A DNA stretch of 64,000 nucleotides from Bacilli bacterium (GTDB lineage Bacteria; Bacillota_I; Bacilli_A; ML615J-28; CAG-698), in contig JBMNLZ010000003.1 of assembly GCA_050953065.1 (NCBI GenBank), positions 160,001 to 224,000 of the forward strand, written 5' to 3'. The notes under the pieces are model-generated. The model was not told the origin of the DNA, ran no database searches, and was given only the letters and a program-made list of their open reading frames with translations. Numbering within the stretch: position 1 is the first letter of the stretch; every line of letters begins with the position of its first letter. Shown here piece after piece: positions 56,565 through 64,000 of the stretch. The translations under genes and the position numbers were made by a program.

Positions 56565-58157
56565 TTAAGCAGGAAGCCTTTCATAAATCTTCTTCCCTTT
56601 AGTTAATAAAACAATCAAAACTAAAGCAGTCAATACTATAGCAAATAAGCTTCCTATTAAATAAACATAAACTAAAGGAATTTTGTTATCAATCAACAAA
56701 TACCCCAATACAATAAAAATCGCAGTTAAAAGAAACCCTCCTAACATTACCACTAGAACACTTGCACTTTGTTTAACTACTTTAGTTGGAGTATCCCAAT
56801 CAAACCTTGGTAAAAGTAAGTTTACAAATAATCCAAAAGCGCTGATACAAACTATCAATAACATTGGAATAATAAGCAAAAATACAAAGCCAATCAAATT
56901 AAAACCTAAAAAGATACTAGCAAGAATCGGATTAATAATAATAAAAGGCAAACAAATACCAATATTTACAGCCATTTTAGAAAAAAACACATCCTCTGTT
57001 TTTATAGGTAAAGACCTCATAATCCAAAACTGTTTTCCTTCTAAAGAAATTGACGAAGCTGTAGTTGAAATCATTCCATAAGTAAAAATTGCTATCGCTA
57101 TTAAAATTAAATAAAACATCGAATTATCAATTCCAGTTGCTGCAATTACTTCTCCGCCTGAAACCAAAAAAATAACACTCATCACAGTAGACATAATTGG
57201 TCCAACAATTGTATTCAAAAAATAAATCGGTATCGTAAAATATCTTTTAAATTCTTTTTTAACTAAAGAAACTCTAACTGAATTTGGTGTTTTTGCAACA
57301 TAAACATAATTTTTATTGCGATATACTCTTTTTGTTCTTTCATTAGCTCCAACAAAATTCTTACCAACCAACAAAACAAATAAAAGACTTGGAATAATTG
57401 ATATAGCAGTAAATATTAATAACGAAAGAAAATTATGTTCAATTCCTTCAACTGCAAAAACAGCTAAATAATAAATGTTTTTAAATTTACTTTCAAAAAA
57501 TGTCACCATTTCAGCATTTGATGCATCAGGCATCGCAAAAGAAAGTGCCATCACCACAACAATAAAAGCTAGACTTCCGATTATAGTTAATAAATTTTTG
57601 TATTTAAATCTATAAATAAAAAATCCTAAAATATATCCTATAAAACCACTAACAGCAATTGGAAAAAGAGGAGCGATAAAAAATATAAAAACTGAAATTA
57701 TTAATGAAACTACATCAAAACCACCAAAATAAAAATATAAGGCTATTGTTGGAATATAAATAATTGAAAAGAAAATTAAATTCATTAAATATAATCCAAA
57801 AAGTTTAGAACCAATTATTGTTTTTGGCTTAATTGGCATAGACATTAAAAGATCAAAATCCCTAGCTCCGAATAAATAACCATTAACTTTAAAAACAGTC
57901 GCAATTAAAGATAAAAAGGAAGCTATTGAAAGACCTAATAATAATATTAAATAAATAGCATTTTCTGCTTGAAATATTTCTCCAAAAATATAAAAGTAAG
58001 CAGTGATAATTCCCATCATTAGAAAATATATTAAAATTGAAAAAAATATAATTAAAGAAATTTTAAGTTTTGATTTTCTTTTTATTCCTTTAAAAAGGTT
58101 ATTTAATCTAAAATCGTTAATGAAATTAACTTTAACTAATTTCCAAAAATTACTCAT
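56565..58157 (-). CDS. ABC-2-type exporter permease (multi-TM)
   Basis: DFDLLMSMPI, SISLEGK.FW...SLP, many TMs; coupled to the ATPase. Confidence 0.85.
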   Translation of the reverse strand: MSNFWKLVKVNFINDFRLNNLFKGIKRKSKLKISLIIFFSILIYFLMMGIITAYFYIFGEIFQAENAIYLILLLGLSIASFLSLIATVFKVNGYLFGARDFDLLMSMPIKPKTIIGSKLFGLYLMNLIFFSIIYIPTIALYFYFGGFDVVSLIISVFIFFIAPLFPIAVSGFIGYILGFFIYRFKYKNLLTIIGSLAFIVVVMALSFAMPDASNAEMVTFFESKFKNIYYLAVFAVEGIEHNFLSLLIFTAISIIPSLLFVLLVGKNFVGANERTKRVYRNKNYVYVAKTPNSVRVSLVKKEFKRYFTIPIYFLNTIVGPIMSTVMSVIFLVSGGEVIAATGIDNSMFYLILIAIAIFTYGMISTTASSISLEGKQFWIMRSLPIKTEDVFFSKMAVNIGICLPFIIINPILASIFLGFNLIGFVFLLIIPMLLIVCISAFGLFVNLLLPRFDWDTPTKVVKQSASVLVVMLGGFLLTAIFIVLGYLLIDNKIPLVYVYLIGSLFAIVLTALVLIVLLTKGKKIYERLPA

Positions 58158-58860
58158 CGGCTAACTCCAAGAAAACAGTTTCTAATGATTTATCTTTAGT
58201 TACTTCTTTAGTATCACCCATTGCTACAATCTTGCCTTCTTTAATGATAGCAACCCTATCACATAATTTCTCAACCACTTCTAAAACATGAGTTGAAAAG
58301 AAAACAGAACTCCCCTCATCACACAACTCTCTCATCATTTGTTTAACAATATAAGCAGCTTTAGGATCAAGCCCAACAAATGGTTCATCTAAAAACAACA
58401 TCTTGGGTTTATGAATCAATGCTCCAATTAAAGCTAGTTTTTGTTTCATTCCATGCGAATAAGTTGAAATTAAATCACCTAAAACAGTATCAAGTTGAAA
58501 AATTTTAGCATATTTTTCAATTGATGCTTTTCTTTTTTCCTTTGAAATTTCAAAAATATCACAAATAAAATTCAAATACTGACTAGCTGTTAGAGTTTCA
58601 TAAAGGTCAGGATTATCTGGAATATAAGCAAATATTTTTTTACATTCTAAAGGATTATCCTTAATAGAAATATTATTGATTAAAATTTCACCTTTTTCAA
58701 AATTTATTAAACCACACGCACTTTTAATTAATGTAGTCTTACCAGCGCCATTATGTCCAATAAAACCAAAAATTTCACCAGGTTTAATTTCTAAACTAAC
58801 ATCATCTACTACCCATTTTACTCCATCATATGTTTTAGACACATTTTTTATTTTTAGCAT
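58150..58860 (-). CDS. ABC exporter ATPase
   Basis: GHNGAGKTT, YSHGMKQK, LDEPFVGLDP, STH. Confidence 0.93.
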   Translation of the reverse strand: MLKIKNVSKTYDGVKWVVDDVSLEIKPGEIFGFIGHNGAGKTTLIKSACGLINFEKGEILINNISIKDNPLECKKIFAYIPDNPDLYETLTASQYLNFICDIFEISKEKRKASIEKYAKIFQLDTVLGDLISTYSHGMKQKLALIGALIHKPKMLFLDEPFVGLDPKAAYIVKQMMRELCDEGSSVFFSTHVLEVVEKLCDRVAIIKEGKIVAMGDTKEVTKDKSLETVFLELADE

Positions 58861-58943
58861 AAATTATCTCCTTTCAAATATATTATATAATAATATTTTT
58901 AAATATTTTTTAAAATAACATACATTATAACAAATAATTTTAT

Positions 58944-58967
58944 AAAGGAAAGTATTTACTTTCCTTT
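58944..58967 (-). terminator. Terminator closing the DUF1538-PII-protease operon
   Basis: aaaggaaagta / tactttccttt overlapping the stop codon. Confidence 0.7.
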
Positions 58968-60207
58968 AATTATTAATATAAGCATTAATTGTTGTTAATG
59001 AAATAGCAAAGCCTAAATTATCAACATCTAAAGTAACAATTTTTAAAGTATTAATTCCAATTAATTCACCATAAATATTAAATAATGGTCCACCACTATT
59101 TCCAGGATTAATTGCAGCATCATGCTGAACAAACATGGCATCTTCATTTTCCATGCTTCTTTCATTAAATGAAACAATTCCTAAAGTTACTGAATCATAA
59201 TATTGATACCCAACAGGATTCCCCATTGCTACAACAAAATCTCCTTGTTTAATAGTAGTAGGATCTCCAATTGTTACTTTTGGTAAATCTTTTGTGCTTG
59301 TAAACTTCAATATAGCAAGATCAAATGTAGCACTAGATTTAACAACATCATCAATTGCAATTTCAGTTTCATCTTCTCCAAAATATACTTTAATTACATC
59401 TGCTCCTTCTATTACATGATAATTTGTTAATAAAGTATATTGATAACCTTCTGCTAATGTCTCTTTTTCATAAATTACACCAGACCCAATCCCAATTCGA
59501 TTAAGTCTGATTGGTGGATAAGTTGTATTTTGATAATTACTAACGCCTAAAACTGCATCTTTATTATTTTCAACTAAAGTAGTTATTCTATTTCCTAATG
59601 AAATTAAATCAATCTCGCCACTAACAGTATAAGTTTCATTAATGATTTCATTAATAACCAAATCCTTCTCATTATCAAAATTTCCAACAAAAATAGTTAT
59701 ACTTTTTGAAATTGAAGCATTGTAATATGATCTTGCAGTAATTGTTGTAGCACCAGTTGAAACGCCTGTAATTTCTCCATCTGTTGAAACTGTTGCTACA
59801 GTTTGATTACTTGATTCCCAAATAACTGCAGTATTACTTAAATTCTTTACAGTTGCTGTTAGCTGAGCAGATTCACCTACTTTAATACTTTGTTTGCCTG
59901 AAATTGTAATATAAGGATTTGTTTTTTCTTGAATGTTTAAACTATATACAGCAGTTTTATTTTGGTATTTTGCTGTAATTGTTACTTCTCCTATTGCTTT
60001 AGCTGAAACAATTCCAGTTGATGATACTGTTGCTATTGCCTCATCACTTGATGTCCAAGTAACATATTCAGGATCAAAAGCATTCGTTTTAAGTTTTACA
60101 ACATCACCTACTGCCAAAACATCTTCCATTGTAAAATCTACTGATTCAAAAAAATTACACGCAGTAAGTGAAAAGAAAACTAACAATATAAAAAATATTT
60201 TTTTCAT
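58966..60207 (-). CDS. Lipoprotein: 2x Big_2 Ig-like domains + HtrA-type trypsin protease, no PDZ
   Basis: Lipobox LTAC; WTSSDEAIATVSSTG and WESSNQTVATVSTDG; TNYHV, DLAIL, INPGNSGGP; ends right after the protease domain. Confidence 0.9.
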   Translation of the reverse strand: MKKIFFILLVFFSLTACNFFESVDFTMEDVLAVGDVVKLKTNAFDPEYVTWTSSDEAIATVSSTGIVSAKAIGEVTITAKYQNKTAVYSLNIQEKTNPYITISGKQSIKVGESAQLTATVKNLSNTAVIWESSNQTVATVSTDGEITGVSTGATTITARSYYNASISKSITIFVGNFDNEKDLVINEIINETYTVSGEIDLISLGNRITTLVENNKDAVLGVSNYQNTTYPPIRLNRIGIGSGVIYEKETLAEGYQYTLLTNYHVIEGADVIKVYFGEDETEIAIDDVVKSSATFDLAILKFTSTKDLPKVTIGDPTTIKQGDFVVAMGNPVGYQYYDSVTLGIVSFNERSMENEDAMFVQHDAAINPGNSGGPLFNIYGELIGINTLKIVTLDVDNLGFAISLTTINAYINN

Positions 60208-60217
60208 TTTCTACCTC

Positions 60218-61870
60218 CTAAAACACAAATGTTAAAGTAACTACACTAGAATCTCTATAAACTTTAACCTCTGCTGTATCACCTGAACCAAGCATGAATT
60301 TTGAAATCTCAGATCTTATTTCATATGAAAAGTTAGTTTGAACACCATTAAATTCTTGAATAATATCATATTTTAAAATCCCAGCATCTTTAGCAACACC
60401 TTCATTAACCTCAAAAACTACCATTCCATATGTAATTCCTTCTGGCAAGGTATAATTATAAGTTGATGGATCACTATAGCGATCTGGATTCATTAAAATA
60501 GCTTTTACAGAAACTATTGTAACACCTATCTTTGCTCTTTGAGGACGAATTCCTTGTTCTAAAAGTGATACTATATTTAAAACTAAATTACTAGGAATTG
60601 CAAACCCCATATTATCAACACGAATATCTGAAATTTTAGTTGAGTTGATTCCAATCACTTCACCCTTTAAATTGACTAAAGCTCCACCACTACTTCCTTC
60701 ATTAATTGGAGAACTATGTTGAATATATTGCGAATCCCAATCCGAAATTTTATCACCATCTAAATCAGTTGAAACATATCTATTACAATAAGAAACAATT
60801 CCTAAAGTTACAGTATTATAATATTTATACCCATAACTACTACCAATTGAAAAACAAAATTCCCCAGTTACCACTTCTTCTGAATCAGCAAAACTCGCTA
60901 CTTCAAAATACAATGGACTTTCAAACTTTAAAACTGCTAAATCAATCTTATCATCATATTCTATTAACTCAGCTCTTATTTCAACATTTTGACCATAAAA
61001 GATTTTAATAATATCTGCATCACTAATAACATGCCGATTTGTTACTACGTAATATCTAAAAGTTTTTATATCTTCATGATTAAGCATTGACTCATCTTCT
61101 ATAATAGTATTATCTTTTAAAATAGCAAGACGTTTATAAATTACCCCAGAACTTTCAGAAAAAATAGTTGCCACACCATAATTGTTTAGTTGATAATTAC
61201 TAACTCCGATTATTGAAGATTTTGCTTTTTTAATAACTGGTTCTAAAAAATTGTTTTCTGTAGATAAATCTAGAGTCTTATTTTCAAGCGATATATTAAT
61301 ATCAATTTCATCTTCAACACTATCTAAAGTTTCGTTATAAACTAAAATTTCTCTTTCAGCCACTAATTCTTCATTTTCAACTGAAGTGGCTTTAATTCTA
61401 ACTAACCCACAAGAAACTCCCGTTACAACTCCATCAGTTGATACAGTAGCTATTTCTTCATCTAAACTTTCCCAAGTTACTTCTTGATTTAAGTTATTTG
61501 GTATTACTTTTGCTGTTAGATCAATATTTTCATCTAAAAGGCACTCTTGTGGACCTAGAATCGATATTTCCTCTTTAATTGAAACAATGCCCGTTAACCT
61601 TAAAACTAGGATAGTACCTTGATTATAAGCGTTTAACATTACAACCCCTTCTTTTTTCGGAGTAAGCATTCCACTTGTATCAACTGTAGCTATTTCTTCA
61701 TCACTTGTTGTCCAAAAAACGTTTTGAGAATTATATCTCGTTGATAACCTAACTTCCTTATCAACAAATAAATACATCGTTTCCTCATCAAGTGATAAAT
61801 TAAGTTTAGGAGCTAAAAAGCATCCAGATAAAGAGAAAAGAACAAATATTAATATTAATATTTTTTTCAT
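60218..61870 (-). CDS. Lipoprotein: 2x Big_2 Ig-like domains + HtrA-type protease + PDZ
   Basis: Lipobox LSGC; WTTSDEEIATVD and WESLDEEIATVS; TNRHV, DLAVL, INEGSSGG; PDZ IGV...A..AGI...DII..FNG. Confidence 0.9.
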   Translation of the reverse strand: MKKILILIFVLFSLSGCFLAPKLNLSLDEETMYLFVDKEVRLSTRYNSQNVFWTTSDEEIATVDTSGMLTPKKEGVVMLNAYNQGTILVLRLTGIVSIKEEISILGPQECLLDENIDLTAKVIPNNLNQEVTWESLDEEIATVSTDGVVTGVSCGLVRIKATSVENEELVAEREILVYNETLDSVEDEIDINISLENKTLDLSTENNFLEPVIKKAKSSIIGVSNYQLNNYGVATIFSESSGVIYKRLAILKDNTIIEDESMLNHEDIKTFRYYVVTNRHVISDADIIKIFYGQNVEIRAELIEYDDKIDLAVLKFESPLYFEVASFADSEEVVTGEFCFSIGSSYGYKYYNTVTLGIVSYCNRYVSTDLDGDKISDWDSQYIQHSSPINEGSSGGALVNLKGEVIGINSTKISDIRVDNMGFAIPSNLVLNIVSLLEQGIRPQRAKIGVTIVSVKAILMNPDRYSDPSTYNYTLPEGITYGMVVFEVNEGVAKDAGILKYDIIQEFNGVQTNFSYEIRSEISKFMLGSGDTAEVKVYRDSSVVTLTFVF

Positions 61871-61879
61871 GACTTCCTC

Positions 61880-62194
61880 CTAAAGATTTAAGCCAACAAC
61901 CTCATCTACTGGTAAAGAAAAACATATCGCATGTGCTTCTGTTTTAATTCCCCATTTTTCACTAATTCCTTGCATAATATTATTTTTATTTTCTTCTGGA
62001 GATAAAATTAAAATAATATCTTTTTCAGCGTGAATTTCAATTCCTAAAAATTTCTTAATATCTGCAGTAGCAGTTGATCTACCTGACATTACAGTCCCAC
62101 CTTTAGCATCAAGACTTCTTGCAGTATTCATAATTTCTTCTGTAAAACCGTGATTACAAATTATCATAATTAATTCTATTTTTTTATCACTCAT
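61880..62194 (-). CDS. PII-like (GlnB-fold) protein
   Basis: AR...AKGGTV..GR.T, FLGI.I..EKD, FSLPVDEVVG. Confidence 0.85.
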   Translation of the reverse strand: MSDKKIELIMIICNHGFTEEIMNTARSLDAKGGTVMSGRSTATADIKKFLGIEIHAEKDIILILSPEENKNNIMQGISEKWGIKTEAHAICFSLPVDEVVGLNL

Positions 62195-62541
62195 TTTTTC
62201 TCACCTTCTTTTCCTAATAATTGATTTAAGGCTTTAACTCCATATACACCACTTAGAGGAATTGTAAAAGCAATTCCTGAATTTGGTGATTTAAAATTCA
62301 TTTTTTTATCCCACGCTAATAAAATTTCTTTAGCATCTATTTCGTTTGCAAAAGTCAAAACTACATCTTTTTCTTCTTCAACAATTCCTAAAAAACTCAA
62401 AACTTCTGAATTTACTGTACCTTTTCCTAAACTTATCATTTGAACACCTTTAATTAAAGGGCAACTTGACAACTTTTTCCCAAGGCCTCTTTCAACAATT
62501 CCTATAACTAATTTAATTTTTTCATTATTCATCTTCTTCAC
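62191..62541 (-). CDS. PII-like (GlnB-fold) protein
   Basis: IVERG.G, LGKGT..SE.L..LG....EKD, GIAFTIPL. Confidence 0.85.
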   Translation of the reverse strand: MKKMNNEKIKLVIGIVERGLGKKLSSCPLIKGVQMISLGKGTVNSEVLSFLGIVEEEKDVVLTFANEIDAKEILLAWDKKMNFKSPNSGIAFTIPLSGVYGVKALNQLLGKEGEKK

Positions 62542-64000
62542 CTATTAATTCTAATGCTTCTTTTTGTTTTTTCTTGGTTTTATATTCCATATATTTATAA
62601 ACTAATCCTAACAATTGAATTGTAACAAGTGGCGTTAAAGCTACTATTGTTATCAAACCAAAAGCATTAGACATTATCATTGAACTATCACCATTTCCTA
62701 AAGAGATGGCAGCACCTAAACCAAAAGCTACTAAGAATGTAGCAGTTAAAGGGCCTGATGCAACTGCACCTGAGTCAAAAGCAATTGCTGAAAATAAATC
62801 AGGTACAAAAAATGTTAATATTAAAGCAAGCCAATATCCTGGAACAATAAACCATAAAATACTAAATCCTAATAAGATTCTTAGCATTGCAAGCCCCATT
62901 GCAGCAGCAATGCTTAAAGAAATTGTAATTAACATTGTTTTTCTTGAAATCGCACCAGATGAAATTGTTTCAACTTCTTTATTTAAAACATAAACAGAAG
63001 GTTCTGCTAAAACTGCAACTAAACCAAAAACAGCACCAACTGGAATTAAAATCCAATTGTAACTTGATTCAGCAAGGGTTGCACCTAAAATTTTTCCAAC
63101 TGGTAAAAAGCCAACATTTGCACCAGTTAAGAAAAAAGTTAAACCAAAAAATGTATAAATCAATCCAAATGTTACTCTTAAAGTTTTCTGCTTAGAAAAT
63201 TTAAAAGCAAAGTAATTAAATATATAAAAAATAACGGCGATAGGCACTAACATAAAAAATACAGTTTTTACTTGAGTAACTAGTTCTTTTCCAACAGCAT
63301 TTAAAATTTCTTGAATACTATGAAAATTAATGATTACGGCCTCAATCGTAGCACTAGTTGGCTTATAAAAAGCTGATAATAATAAAACTGCTAGAATTGG
63401 CCCCATTGAACAAATCGCCACTAACCCAAAACTATCATCTTCTCTACCTTTATCGCCACGAATTGATCCGATTCCTACACCAAAAGCCATAATGAAGGGA
63501 ACTGTCATTGCTCCTGTTGTTGCTCCTCCCGAATCAAAAGCAAATGGTAAAATTTCTTTTGGAACAAAAAAAATTAAAATAAATGCTAAAGTATATCCTA
63601 TTAACAAGACATATCTTAGTTTAATTTTAAATAAAATTCTTAAAACTGAAATCATAAACAAAAATCCAAGTCCAATTGCAATTGCTATAATCAAAACACT
63701 ACTAGGAATTGCATCGCCTAATTGATTAGTTAAAACAATTACACCTGGTTCTGTAATAGTTACTAAAAATCCCATTAAGAATACAAAAAAGATAATTAAT
63801 ATTAAATTTTGTTTTTTGATCAAATAAGTACCCATAGTTTCACCAATAGGTAACATTGCGACTTCAGCTCCTAAAGAAAATAAACCAATTCCTAAAGTTA
63901 ATAAAATTGCTGATACAAAAAACAATATATACAAATATAAATTAAAAGGAACGAAGATTAACATTAGAAAGAAAATTGATAATGCAATAGGCGATACTGA
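62525..64000 (-). CDS. DUF1538 membrane protein (two fused repeats), 5' end outside window
   Basis: Two TEP/AEP + FDSG..(T/A)(T/S)G..T.(P/T)F repeats; frame stays open to the window edge (SVSPIALSIFFLM). Confidence 0.85.
   Translation of the reverse strand, partial: SVSPIALSIFFLMLIFVPFNLYLYILFFVSAILLTLGIGLFSLGAEVAMLPIGETMGTYLIKKQNLILIIFFVFLMGFLVTITEPGVIVLTNQLGDAIPSSVLIIAIAIGLGFLFMISVLRILFKIKLRYVLLIGYTLAFILIFFVPKEILPFAFDSGGATTGAMTVPFIMAFGVGIGSIRGDKGREDDSFGLVAICSMGPILAVLLLSAFYKPTSATIEAVIINFHSIQEILNAVGKELVTQVKTVFFMLVPIAVIFYIFNYFAFKFSKQKTLRVTFGLIYTFFGLTFFLTGANVGFLPVGKILGATLAESSYNWILIPVGAVFGLVAVLAEPSVYVLNKEVETISSGAISRKTMLITISLSIAAAMGLAMLRILLGFSILWFIVPGYWLALILTFFVPDLFSAIAFDSGAVASGPLTATFLVAFGLGAAISLGNGDSSMIMSNAFGLITIVALTPLVTIQLLGLVYKYMEYKTKKKQKEALELIGEEDE

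Noticed and set aside
6631-63725. Short antisense ORFs (e.g. 6631, 9388, 12996, 15078, 16135, 17028, 23834, 27066, 31360, 35569, 36522, 36794, 38942, 50388, 52676, 56683, 58676, 59933, 60706, 62706, 62935, 63492)
   Set aside because: All lie opposite well-supported genes and show no recognisable motifs; typical shadow ORFs.
1-64000. Genetic code 4 (UGA=Trp)
   Set aside because: Long ORFs are intact under code 11, the Trp codons I checked are TGG, and TGA ends genes at their expected C-termini (phoP, phoU, hisA).

Overview
Very AT-rich bacterial chromosome segment. It looks like a low-GC Bacillota/Mollicutes-related lineage (inference), and TGA is used as a stop, so the code is table 11, not the Mycoplasma code. 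Almost all genes are on the minus strand. Left to right: two tandem GHL10/DUF187 glycosyl hydrolase paralogs; an acyltransferase plus the pstSCAB-phoU-phoP-phoR operon under a Pho box; a GH114 lipoprotein; tRNA-Leu(TAG); a his operon lacking hisH; a Met T-box-controlled metY-metA-metF-split metH operon and luxS; xth, citrate synthase, DUF1963, oadG/oadB, nnrE/D; a GKRP/MurQ-like SIS protein; an ECF sigma/anti-sigma pair; ribokinase; a MacB-type ABC transporter; three paralogous acidic lipoproteins (one frameshifted) and a WG-repeat lipoprotein; an esterase, pheA, aroF; a 49-bp IS3-like mini-element inside a terminator; a hipBST-like module; tRNA-His and tRNA-Trp; an orphan ThsB-type TIR with catalytic Glu->Gln; an ABC exporter; and an operon of DUF1538, two PII-like proteins and two Ig-domain HtrA-type lipoprotein proteases. 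No CRISPR array, rRNA, prophage or transposase was seen. Best leads: PstA with a PDZ-like loop beside a permuted PstS, the DUF1538/PII/Ig-HtrA operon, a Cys-containing C-terminal sorting-like signal, the lipoprotein triad, apparent HisH loss, and the inactive-looking TIR. All family calls come from motif recognition by eye; no searches were run.
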